Below, piece by piece: positions 1 through 9,809 of a stretch of DNA of 64,000 nt. The DNA lies in contig CAZALK010000001.1 of NCBI GenBank assembly GCA_964486045.1, positions 424,242 to 488,241 on the forward strand, written 5' to 3'. This DNA is from an uncultured archaeon (lineage in GTDB: Archaea > Asgardarchaeota > Lokiarchaeia > Sigyniarchaeales > SOKP01). The position numbers and the translations under genes were made by a program. Position 1 is the first letter of the stretch; each line of letters opens with the position of its first letter. The notes under the pieces were generated by a model. That model was not told where the DNA came from, did not search any database, and saw only the letters and a program-made list of their open reading frames with translations.

Positions 1-260
1 TTACCCGTATTTACCTTTGCAAAAATATAATCATTCCGATATTTGTTATGTATTCTTTCAAATATTGGTAAAAATGCTTTGCATGGGCCGCACCATTCAG
101 CCCAAAAGTCTAATACCATATTTACATTAGGATAATCATCTAAAAATCTGTTAATTTCTTTAAGAAATCCAAAATCTAAAATCTTTTTAGGTGCAATTTG
201 AGTGTTTTCTAATACTTCTGACTTTAACGTCTCAAGGATATCTGTATCATTTTCAAACAT
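1..260 (-). CDS. trxA: Thioredoxin (3' end runs off window)
   Basis: Manual minus-strand translation MFENDTDIL...MVLDFWAEWCGPCKAFLPIF...IFAKVNT contains the WCGPC active site; alternative ATG at 266. Not in the ORF track. Confidence 0.9.
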   Translation of the reverse strand, partial: MFENDTDILETLKSEVLENTQIAPKKILDFGFLKEINRFLDDYPNVNMVLDFWAEWCGPCKAFLPIFERIHNKYRNDYIFAKVNTG

Positions 261-624
261 AATCATAAAATCTCATTATGCAATTGATAATTTTCTAATA
301 AATAATTTACAATTTGAAACAAATTTGACTTATTATATTAATATTGTAACTCTACATATAAATATGTGGGTAAATTTTCCACATAGTTCTAATGTAATAG
401 CCATTGTGGTTATAGATTTCGAATTTGTATAAAATTGGATTAAGGATTTTATCGATAAAGACTAATCTGAAGATAAGGTGATATTATTATTGATCATTTT
501 ATTGTTTTTCCTCAATTTTGGGTGGGACAATTTCAGTTTTCAATATACTTTCTTGTATATTTTGAAAATTTTCACCTATTGATTTTATATCAAAAAACAA
601 AAAATAAGAGAAAAATGAATTATT

Positions 625-684
625 TTATTCAGATATAATTTCAAATACCATCTTCTCAATTATGGGCTTTTTGGTGTACTTGTT
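625..684 (-). pseudogene. 3' fragment of a JAB/MPN paralog
   Basis: Reads NKYTKKPIIEKMVFEIISE*, versus DKRYTKKPVIEKMVFEIISE* at the end of 1228..1716, with synonymous differences. Confidence 0.75.
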
Positions 685-1227
685 TAGATGTCGTTTTTCT
701 TAGTGTTCAAAAAATCTTCTAATTCTGTTATCATTTCTTCTGTTGAAGAAAAGCTGTTCGAAAGAACAAAGTATACATATTTATTACCCTACACTAAATA
801 TTTTTTCTTGCAATCGCAGAAACAGAATGATAACATCCCTTTTCATATCAAAATAAATGAAGGACTAAGGGAGCTATGGTTAATAAAATATTTCCCCTTT
901 TTCTTCTCCCACTTAATATTAACTCTAAGTGCATTAGGTAGTGAACTTATATTGATATTAGGTTTATTTAAGATGACAGTGAGTAATGACATTAGAAAAA
1001 CTTTGACTTTTCCCCCAAATTTTGAATATTTATAATCCTTCAAATTTGAGGTTTCTTTAGTTTTAAAATGAAATGTTGGTTGAGTTTGTAATAATATTTT
1101 AATTATGGAGCATTCATTAGTGCCCTTAATTTCTCTTTATATGCACAGAGCCTGAGCCTAATTTAAAGAAAAATATAAATTTTATGGTGTATTTATTCTT
1201 ACTTGAAAGACTTGAGATGGTAAAAAT

Positions 1228-1716
1228 ATGAGTATGGCAAAAGATTTTCGTTATTTAATACCTGAGAGTTTGTATCAAGAGATTACACAAAAATGCACCG
1301 ACGAATATCCTGCAATCTGTCATGGATGGATTTTTGCTGAGCGTAAAGAGAATTTCGGCATATGTAGTAAATATATTATGAATCCCGACTTACGTAAGAA
1401 TAAAGTTCATATTAAACCAAGAAGTTGGATGAGATATAAGAAATCCAAGATATATAACATGCGGAAATTCAAGCAGGAGCTCGCAGTGGACATCGTATGG
1501 CAATTCCACTCCCATCCAAGTGGAAATCCTAAACTACACGCTATAGACAAGAGGATCCTGAAATACTTGTCCAATGGCGTTATGATTATTATAATCCCAG
1601 CCGTTCCAGATAAAGAACCAGAACAGACCGCACACCTCTTAGGCTGGTACTATGACAAGCGATACACAAAAAAGCCGGTTATAGAGAAAATGGTATTTGA
1701 AATTATATCTGAATAA
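1228..1716 (+). CDS. JAB/MPN (JAMM-like) domain protein, atypical motif
   Basis: WQFHSHPSGNPKLHAID matches HxHx7(S)x2D with S->H; the upstream catalytic Glu is not obvious. Confidence 0.75.
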   Translation: MSMAKDFRYLIPESLYQEITQKCTDEYPAICHGWIFAERKENFGICSKYIMNPDLRKNKVHIKPRSWMRYKKSKIYNMRKFKQELAVDIVWQFHSHPSGNPKLHAIDKRILKYLSNGVMIIIIPAVPDKEPEQTAHLLGWYYDKRYTKKPVIEKMVFEIISE

Positions 1717-1891
1717 AACACATTTTTTTAACCAAAATCTTAAGTGTATTGGGTAGTGAACTTATAAAAACTTCAAAATCAAACTAAAATCAAAATTTTT
1801 CTATTTTTTTCTATATCAAATTACAAATCAAATTACAAATCCATGGTCAACCTAAATTTTAAATAAGTATGAAATTATTTATGGTATAGCA

Positions 1892-3100
1892 ATGAAGGAA
1901 TATCGCATAAACCAGTTTCTCTCAGTGCGATTGGAGAGAGAGCCTTGGGTTGAAAAAAAGACCATGATATACGTGGCGGGACAACCGTTTATTCAGTGTA
2001 AATCCCTTCTTTTAAATATTCCTATTTCTGAAATCGCCACATTTGACGAGATAGAGTCTATTGACGAAGCTGCAGAGAAAGCGAATGTTTTCGTGGAAAA
2101 AGAAATGCAGAAAATTGAAATTACTCCCGAAGTGGAGTTCTGGGGACATTGCTCTAATTTACAAGTGTGGTATGAGAATGGGTATGATACACATCTTCTT
2201 CATTCCAATATTGCCTTTCCACTGTTGGGCAAGTTGAGTGAGGTAGGAGATCCCCTTGCCAAAAAAGTATTTCAAAAAGAGATATTTAAGCGGTATGAAG
2301 AGGGAACTGAAAAAACTCGAGAGTTTATAAGAAACGGAGGTGTTTTGAACTATTTACCAATAGAGGAGCAGATGAACTTGTTACTGGATACCGAGAATTT
2401 AATAGCTTTAATGGAAATAGCCGAAGAAGTATGGCCTGAAATCGACATTTATGAGATAGTTCAAGATCTGATAAACGAAGAAAGAGTAAAATTAGAGAAT
2501 AGGAGAGTTATAAAGTTAGATTTCTCTGGTTTAAGCTTAGAATTAGTAAAATTTCCAAAAGCAATTCTGGATCTCGAATCTCTAAGGTATTTTGTTTTTG
2601 GTGGGAATTATATTACAGAATTACCCGAAAATATTAATAAATTAAAGAATCTTAAAGAATTAGAAGTGAGTTCTAATAAACTAACCTGCTTACCAAAATC
2701 AATTTGTGAAATAACATCGCTCGAAAAATTGTGGTTAGGTGAAAATAAAATCCATAACTTACCTGAAAATATTGGAGATTTTACTAATTTAAAAACATTA
2801 GACTTAGGATTAAATCAATTAAAAGAACTTCCAGAGTCATTTTCTAAATTAATATCACTTGAAGATCTCTCTCTTTCAAGTAATAAATTGCAAGCTATAC
2901 CAAAATCATTTTGTAAACTAAAATCTCTTAAACGGCTTTCTATCTCAAGTAATATCCTAAATAAACTACCAGAATGTATAGGGGATATGCCTTTACTCGA
3001 ATATTTAGATGTTAGTAGCAATCCACTCGCAAACAACCTAGAAACTGTAGAAAAATTAAAAAAGTCTAAAATAAAAAAAATAGATGGAATTGGAAATTAA
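1892..3100 (+). CDS. Leucine-rich repeat protein (Lokiarchaeia-type)
   Basis: ~7 LxxLxLxxNxLxxLP repeats; N-terminal EFWGHCSNLQVWYEN motif typical of Lokiarchaeia LRR proteins. Confidence 0.9.
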   Translation: MKEYRINQFLSVRLEREPWVEKKTMIYVAGQPFIQCKSLLLNIPISEIATFDEIESIDEAAEKANVFVEKEMQKIEITPEVEFWGHCSNLQVWYENGYDTHLLHSNIAFPLLGKLSEVGDPLAKKVFQKEIFKRYEEGTEKTREFIRNGGVLNYLPIEEQMNLLLDTENLIALMEIAEEVWPEIDIYEIVQDLINEERVKLENRRVIKLDFSGLSLELVKFPKAILDLESLRYFVFGGNYITELPENINKLKNLKELEVSSNKLTCLPKSICEITSLEKLWLGENKIHNLPENIGDFTNLKTLDLGLNQLKELPESFSKLISLEDLSLSSNKLQAIPKSFCKLKSLKRLSISSNILNKLPECIGDMPLLEYLDVSSNPLANNLETVEKLKKSKIKKIDGIGN

Positions 3101-3319
3101 ATTAACGAACTTATCGAGTTAACTCCTGAATTTTAGTCTTTAAGCCAAATCCAAGCCTAAACACCCTGACAAGGTCTAGGGCGTCATCGAGCATATAGAT
3201 TGGCCAGCAATCCTCAAAATTCCACACAGTATGGCCGTCTTTTTTATTCCATTGTGCTTGCAACGTGTTGTAGATCTGCTCACAAGCTTTGAAAAGAGCA
3301 AATTAGGCATTAGTGCAAA

Positions 3320-3438
3320 GTGTAATCTCTTGATACAAACTCTCAGGTATTAAATAACGAAAATCTTTTGCCATACTCATATTTTTACATCTCAAGTAGG
3401 AATCTATGTACCATAAAATTTATATTTTTCCTTAAATT
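3320..3438 (-). repeat. Inverted copy of the promoter and first 20 codons of the JAB gene
   Basis: Reverse complement of 3321..3380 is identical to 1228..1287; upstream AAAAATATAAATTTTATGGT is also shared. Confidence 0.9.
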
Positions 3439-3555
3439 ACGGGAGAGCTCTTTAGATATATAGAGAAAATAAAAAAACATTTATTTTGCTAGATATAATC
3501 TATTTTTATAGATGTAAATTTTTCAACAAAATGAAAAAAAAATTATTTTAAATCA

Positions 3556-3657
3556 GCAGATGTAGCCTAGCTGGTAAGACGCTGGCCTTGAGTATCTTAT
3601 GCAATCAAGCAAGCCAGTGCGCGGAAGCGCTCGGGGGTTCGAGTCCCTCCATCTGCG
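3556..3657 (+). tRNA. tRNA-Ser(TGA) with 19-nt canonical intron (3593..3611)
   Basis: Acceptor GCAGATG/CATCTGC, G73, long variable arm, GGTTCGAGTCCC T-arm; BHB with CTTG/CAAG central helix at position 37/38. Confidence 0.92.
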
Positions 3658-3683
3658 TATTTGAATTAATGGTATTTTTTAAA

Positions 3684-3757
3684 GGGCTATTAGCGCAGGC
3701 AGGTAGCGCAGCAGGCTCTTAACCTGACGGTCGGGGGTTCGATTCCCTCATAGCCCG
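3684..3757 (+). tRNA. tRNA-Lys(CTT)
   Basis: GGGCTAT/ATAGCCC acceptor stem, CAGG-CT-CTT-AA-CCTG anticodon arm, GGTTCGATTCCC T-arm. Confidence 0.95.
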
Positions 3758-3855
3758 TATTAATTCTTTTTTATGATATATTAATAATACTTTGTTATAA
3801 CCTAATTAGATTAGTTTACGAAATAAGAAGAAGTAAAGTCTATATACTTTTAGCC

Positions 3856-4848
3856 TTAAAAATACTGGAATAATATTTCAAAATCAGAAAAATCAAATGG
3901 TTTTAATATATATCCATCTGCTCTAGTTTCAGCCATTTTCTTTTCGACTTCAGACCCGGGAATAGCTGTTAGCAAGAAGATTGGTACTTCTTTATATTTA
4001 TGATGATCTTTAATCATTTTGCAGATTTCATAGCCTGAGATATCAGGCAAAATGATGTCTAATAAGATCAATTTAGGTATGCCTCCTCTTATTTCCTCTA
4101 AACCCTTAGTACCACTCACTACCCCCTTGCATTTAAAACCCTTACTTTCAAAGTAACTTGTTAATAACCGGATAGTGGCAAGGTCATCTTCAATAAGCAA
4201 AATATCGTACTGATGTTCAACGTCTTCTGTTTTAATATTATCGAGAATAGTAATAATTTTGTTCTCAAGCAGCATAGACTGGTCGAAAATGTTCTTTATA
4301 GTTGATAGCACATCCGGTTCTAATTCTTCTTTATAATTCTCTAAGAGTAGTTGACTGAAACCTTTTATAGTTGTTAGTGGTTCCTTTAAAGCATGTGATA
4401 TATTGGAAATTGTTTTTTCATTCATCCCATGTAATCCCCCACTTAAAAAATCGGATTTTTGTTCAATATAATAATCAACACTATCTCTTATTAATGCAGA
4501 AATTGTTGAATATTCATGGGAATTCTTGAAATCTTGCCATTTTGCTTTTGTATCTTCGGATACGTAAAGGGATATTCTTTCTTTATCCCTATCATAAATT
4601 TTTTCACCTTTTAACCATTTCTTAAATCCCTCTGTTATAGAACCACGCCATATAGCGTATTTGTCTGTTCTATCTTGGTATAATACCATCAACTCTTTTA
4701 TCTTTTCGCTCTTTAAATCTATTTTAGCTATATCCTCATCTGTGAAACTTAATTTTTCTGAATCATCTTCTAAATCTTTAGAGCTTTTACTGTTAGATTT
4801 GCTTTTTTCTCCCGGAATTTCTTTTTCCTCTCTTTCTTTTTTAAACAA
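3856..4848 (-). CDS. RHH-HisKA-receiver hybrid response regulator
   Basis: RISLYVSEDTK...ISALIRDSV (RHH); ISHALKEPLTTIKGF (H-box); LLIEDD...LLDIILP...KPF (REC); no HATPase domain. Confidence 0.85.
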   Translation of the reverse strand: MFKKEREEKEIPGEKSKSNSKSSKDLEDDSEKLSFTDEDIAKIDLKSEKIKELMVLYQDRTDKYAIWRGSITEGFKKWLKGEKIYDRDKERISLYVSEDTKAKWQDFKNSHEYSTISALIRDSVDYYIEQKSDFLSGGLHGMNEKTISNISHALKEPLTTIKGFSQLLLENYKEELEPDVLSTIKNIFDQSMLLENKIITILDNIKTEDVEHQYDILLIEDDLATIRLLTSYFESKGFKCKGVVSGTKGLEEIRGGIPKLILLDIILPDISGYEICKMIKDHHKYKEVPIFLLTAIPGSEVEKKMAETRADGYILKPFDFSDFEILFQYF

Positions 4849-5137
4849 TAACTTTATTTATCTATTTAATATAACAAATAATTGTAATTTCAATTTTGTA
4901 TACTATTAATTAAAATTGATAACCGTAGTTGTAATTTATTCCTTTTTTTATAAAATTTATCATTCAGAAAATGGTTGTTTACAATATTTTGTATTTTCTT
5001 ATCAATTTATATATCTTACTTAAGTTAAATGATATAAATATTATTGTATTATCCCTTTAAAAAGACCAATTTATATACGTATAAAATAAGTAAAGGAGCT
5101 TTCAATTACTAATTTTTTAAAACCTAAGAATAATTGA

Positions 5138-6031
5138 TTATTTTTCTTCCTTCCTCTTGTTGTTTAAAATTTCGAAGATTACTTCAAAATCAGAAAAATT
5201 GAAAGGTTTTAAAATATAGCCATCCGCTTTAGTTTCTTCCAAATTCTTCTCTACTTCAGAACCCGCTATCGCTGTTAAGAAAAAGACAGGAATATTCTTA
5301 TATTCTTTATCAGATTTAATTGTTTTACAAATATCGTACCCACTCAAATCTGGTAAAATAATATCTAACAGTATTAGGTTTGGAATAGCATTTCCTAACT
5401 CTTCTAATCCTTTCGAACCACTAACAACTCCTTTACATTTATATCCTTTACTTTCAAAATAACTCTTAATTAGACGAATTGTTGCAAGATCATCCTCTAT
5501 CAATAAAACCTCATGCTCAGGTTCAACCTTAATGTTGTCTAAAATACTAATTATTTTATTTTCAAGAAGAACACTCTGCTCAAATATATTTTTTACAGTT
5601 TCTAGAACTTGGGAATTTAATTTTTCTCGGTAATTTTCAATAAGTAATTGCGAGTAACCTTTAATTGAAGTTAAAGGCTCTTTTAAAGTATGAGAAATGT
5701 TAGAAATTGTCTTAGGATTTAACATGGATAAATTGTGATCACCTTTAAACCCTTGACTTTCAATATATGACTCAACAGCTTCCCTTATAAGCTTCGAAAT
5801 AGTGGTGCCATCACTTTTAGTATATTCTAACCATTTAGCTTTAGTATCATCTGATACGTATAGTGAAATTCGCTCTTTTTCTCTATGATAAATTTTTTCT
5901 CCCCGTTGCCACTTTTTAAATCCTTCTGTTACGATGCCACGCCATACGGAATACCTTCCAGTTTCATCCTCATAACGATTCATTTCTTCAGTCTTCTCTA
6001 TGGAATTATTATCTATTTTTATAAAATCCAC
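5138..6031 (-). CDS. RHH-HisKA-receiver hybrid response regulator (tandem paralog)
   Basis: Same architecture and high similarity to 3856..4848; frame stays open upstream of the GTG. Confidence 0.85.
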   Translation of the reverse strand: MDFIKIDNNSIEKTEEMNRYEDETGRYSVWRGIVTEGFKKWQRGEKIYHREKERISLYVSDDTKAKWLEYTKSDGTTISKLIREAVESYIESQGFKGDHNLSMLNPKTISNISHTLKEPLTSIKGYSQLLIENYREKLNSQVLETVKNIFEQSVLLENKIISILDNIKVEPEHEVLLIEDDLATIRLIKSYFESKGYKCKGVVSGSKGLEELGNAIPNLILLDIILPDLSGYDICKTIKSDKEYKNIPVFFLTAIAGSEVEKNLEETKADGYILKPFNFSDFEVIFEILNNKRKEEK

Positions 6032-6862
6032 GTCATCTAGTTTAGTTTCAGATTTGTCTGATGATTTCTCTTGGTTCCTTTGAGGAGGAATTTTTTGACC
6101 ACTAAATGCTGTAATTAGATGTTGTTGAACACTTAATAAAAGAACTTGTATTTAATGTTTTTTTATTAGGTAATAATTACGAGATGGCAATATGAATAAT
6201 AAAAAAGTAAAGATTTTTGACTAAAATTTAGAACATCCGAGTTTTGTGGTAAAAACATCATTAAAAATAAATATAGTTATTACATTGAAGATATAAAAGT
6301 TTTTTTTATTATATTTGAATGATCAATCAAACTCAAAACAGGTACTAAGTTGACACGTGTTTTGAAATCTCAATTGACTTTTTTTGATGTTTGGAAAAAA
6401 AAAGTTATTTTATATATTTGATTTGGTTTTAATTGCTTAATTCTTGGTTCGGTATTAAAACCTTCGTGAGTAAAAAACATTTCTCTAATTTCTTCATTAT
6501 CATTTTTGATATTTATTATATCAATTTCTTTCATTAGAAAATTACGTCTTTTAAATTTCTATGCTTTAAAATTACATTCGATGTTCAATCTGTTTAAAAT
6601 TAATAATTTAATAATCTACAGATCAATTTATTGTTGATACTTATTATTTATTAATTCCATAGAGCTGTATCTAACAAATATGATTGTTGAGATTTTCTTA
6701 ATAATAATGCCCTTTCAATTATCTTTAAATATTTATTTAGGTATACAAAAAGATTTATAATTCTCAACTTTCATTAATTTATTGTAGTTATCTTTTGATT
6801 TGAGATAAATCATTGTATTACTCAAATCCTTTATGTCATGGGTTTTTTAAGAGAGATATAAG

Positions 6863-7315
6863 ATGAAAGTAAATAAGATACTGATTAAGCCTAATAAAAT
6901 TGGAATAGATTTAATTCTATGTCCTAAAACAAATCTGTATTTGCAAGACTTGTATTGCCGTAGATGTTCATATTATAAATTAGATAATGAAAAATTCGTT
7001 GAGTGCACTTTTACAGGACATAGATATGGCAAGTCTGATCCTATTAAAGATAGAATAATTCAAAATCTTTCAAGTTCATTTATCACAGAACTTCCTATTG
7101 ATAATAACTCTAATATCAACAATGTTAATATTGAAAATAGAATGAACAATTTTACAGAAAGGCTCCAAAATTCTAAATCACTTAACGCTAAAAATGAATT
7201 GAAGAAAGATCTCTCTCAATATATGAAAAAAACAAATCTCTCTACAAGATTAGAGAGGATTAAAAAAATTTCTTTAGAAACTGAGGAAGATAGTGTTGGA
7301 AGTTCCCATATCTAA
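6863..7315 (+). CDS. Hypothetical protein with Cys cluster
   Basis: 150-aa ORF with CP...CRRC...C. Confidence 0.6.
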   Translation: MKVNKILIKPNKIGIDLILCPKTNLYLQDLYCRRCSYYKLDNEKFVECTFTGHRYGKSDPIKDRIIQNLSSSFITELPIDNNSNINNVNIENRMNNFTERLQNSKSLNAKNELKKDLSQYMKKTNLSTRLERIKKISLETEEDSVGSSHI

Positions 7316-7884
7316 ATCCTTAATTCTAAATATTTCTAAATGCATTTCTTACTTTTTACACAAATAAATATTGCAAGCTTTTTTTACCACAAATAGTAAT
7401 TTATCCAAAAGTGCTGAAAAAAGGTATAACAAGTCTTTTTACCAAAATATAACTTTAAAAATATAAAAAGTTCTTAACAATTTAGTGTTACAAAAATGTC
7501 TTTGCCCCTTTTTTAACCCGAAAGCCCGACGAATTTCATTCTTCCAGTGAGTTTTTACCAAAAAGATATAACATATACTTAATATGATGTTATTTCAATA
7601 TTAACTCAATAATGCTTTTTTACATTGTTAATTCTATAAATATTACAACAAAAAAATTTTACCTAGACAAATTGTTATACAAAAGATGATTCATATATAA
7701 AGGAATTTTTATAACGAAAACATTTATATATGAAATAGTGATCTATTATTATAACCAAAAAAAATTTGAATACCAAATTTCTATTGGTGTACAAAAAAAG
7801 GATTTTTTGGTAGTGTGTGAAAAAATAACGATTATTAACATAAAAAAAAATTTAAACATAAGATTTGGGAAAAGGTAAAGAAAC

Positions 7885-8775
7885 ATGGTCGTAGAAATAA
7901 TTCCACAGACAAGTTTTTGTCCTGAGTGTGGCGGGGGTACTATATCTATCCACCAAAGAGGGGAGACAGTTTGCCAACAATGTGGTTTGGTTGTAGGTGA
8001 GAAAGAAGTAGACATTTCTCATAGTGGCATAAGAGCCTATTCAAAGCAGGAGAAGGATAAAAAAGAACGGACAGGCTGCCCTATATCTATTTTAATGCCA
8101 GATATTGGGTTGAGCACTATAATTGATAGAACTAAAATTAAAAATCCAGATTTGAGGAGAGCAGCTAAATGGAACACGCACTTATCATGGGAAAAGAGGA
8201 ATATGCTTATAGCCATAACTGAATTGAAGAGAATTGGCGGCAATTTAAATTTTCCTGAGCGTGTGAAGAAGGCAGCAGTTCGTCTTTACAAAGAAGTATT
8301 TAAAAAGAATCTATTAAGGGGTCGGTCTATAAACGGGATGATCGCGGCGTGTGCGTATTATGTATGCAAGAAAGAGCGAGTTCCAATAACCCTTCAGGAG
8401 ATATTAGGTGAGGCATCGATTAATGATAACATAGTGAAGAAATGCTATAAAATTTTAGTACGAGAGCTGAACTTGAAATCTCCGCATATCGATCCAGTTG
8501 CGCTAATTCCGAGGTATTGTGCTGATTTAGGGCTAGATATCCATGTAGAGAAGGAAGCAGTTAAAGTATTAAAGAATTTTATTGCGACAACTTCTATTTG
8601 CGGAAAAGATCCAAAAGGGTTGTGCGCAGGGTCTATTTATTTAGTCGCAAAGCTAAAAAACAAAAAAGTAAGTCAAAAGGATATTTCAAGAGTTATCGGA
8701 GTCACTGAAGTAACTCTTCGTTCAAGATATAAGGAATTTTTACAACATATTAGTTTCAATTTTAATACAAACTAA
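7885..8775 (+). CDS. tfb: Transcription initiation factor IIB
   Basis: CPECG..CQQCG Zn ribbon, two cyclin repeats, GVTEVTLRSRY HTH. Confidence 0.95.
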   Translation: MVVEIIPQTSFCPECGGGTISIHQRGETVCQQCGLVVGEKEVDISHSGIRAYSKQEKDKKERTGCPISILMPDIGLSTIIDRTKIKNPDLRRAAKWNTHLSWEKRNMLIAITELKRIGGNLNFPERVKKAAVRLYKEVFKKNLLRGRSINGMIAACAYYVCKKERVPITLQEILGEASINDNIVKKCYKILVRELNLKSPHIDPVALIPRYCADLGLDIHVEKEAVKVLKNFIATTSICGKDPKGLCAGSIYLVAKLKNKKVSQKDISRVIGVTEVTLRSRYKEFLQHISFNFNTN

Positions 8776-8955
8776 TTATTTTATTTTTCTTTTTTATAGG
8801 GTATAGGGTAAGGTTGAAGGTTAGATTTCCGAACTTAAATGAAATTGTTTAAGTTTTATTGAACCTTGAATGTTTTGTTACTTGTTTTGTTACTCTCGGT
8901 AAAATAAGTTATCGCTAAAAGATTGATTGAAGCGTGAGTTTTAGAGTTTTTTAGT

Positions 8956-9675
8956 TTAGTTTTGATGTCCAGTTCTTCTCGCTGCTATTTGTCCAACCTT
9001 TCTACCTGGGGGAGCATTACGGGATGTCGTTGTTGATTTATGTGGTGACTGTTTTGCTCCACCGCCATAAGGATGAGATACTGCATTCATAGCTACACCC
9101 CTCACCACAGGCCACTTCTTTGCTTTTGATTTTTTGTAATGAAATTTATTTCCAGCTTTAAGGAAAGGTTTGTCTGTACGACCTCCACCAGCAACTACAC
9201 CAACAGTAGCTAAGCATTTTTCATGTATCCATTTAGTTCTCTTCGAACGAAATAAGAGCTCCACTTTATTTCCGGATTTATTTCTCACAATTGCCGCAAC
9301 TCCAGACGCTCGTGCGAATTTTCCGCCGTCCTGAGGAGAAGACTCAATATTAAAAACTAAGGTTCCAAGTGGTATTTCTTTTAGTGGTAAGACATTTCCA
9401 ACTTTAATTTCAGTTTCGGAAATAGTTTGGATAAATTCATCCCCTTCAAAAATTCCTTCAGGTGGAAGCCATAATGATTTTTTACCATCTTTGTATTTAA
9501 TTAAAGCAACTGGGGTACCTCTTCCGGGAGAGTGTAAAAGTTCAATTACCTTAAATCGAAATTCATTTTGTCCTTCTAAAAATGGGCGATATTTTACAGC
9601 ACCTATATGACGATGTGAAGGAGATCGAAATGGTAAACTTCCTCGACCTTTTCGCTGAGCAAGTATTCGTTTTCC
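8956..9675 (-). CDS. rpl2: 50S ribosomal protein uL2
   Basis: MGKRILAQRKGRG...WPVVRGVAMNAVSHPYGGG...PPGRKVG; start taken near the MGKR Met rather than the TTG at 9690. Confidence 0.97.
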   Translation of the reverse strand, partial: GKRILAQRKGRGSLPFRSPSHRHIGAVKYRPFLEGQNEFRFKVIELLHSPGRGTPVALIKYKDGKKSLWLPPEGIFEGDEFIQTISETEIKVGNVLPLKEIPLGTLVFNIESSPQDGGKFARASGVAAIVRNKSGNKVELLFRSKRTKWIHEKCLATVGVVAGGGRTDKPFLKAGNKFHYKKSKAKKWPVVRGVAMNAVSHPYGGGAKQSPHKSTTTSRNAPPGRKVGQIAARRTGHQN

Positions 9676-9809
9676 CATAAAACTACACAATATTTTGTTG
9701 ATGTGAATTTAAATTATTTCAACTATAAATTTTTTATCATTTTTGGGAAGATTTGATGTATAGTACATGATTTTAAGTTTTCTTGCTATTTCCTTAAGGA
9801 AAAAAGATT

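Noticed and set aside
684-1095. Minus-strand frame with two internal stops (includes ORF 843..1043)
   Set aside because: Looks like a decayed gene but no family is recognisable; no evidence for recoding.
3113-3300. GC-richer minus-strand fragment ALFKACEQIYNTLQAQW..., possible transposase remnant
   Set aside because: No DDE motif, inverted repeats or target duplication identifiable.
3556-3657. Selenocysteine or suppressor tRNA
   Set aside because: Anticodon is TGA (reads UCA, Ser), not TCA; 7-bp acceptor stem.
8956-9690. rpl2 outside the S10 cluster as a novelty
   Set aside because: Fragmented ribosomal operons are common in archaea; not informative on its own.
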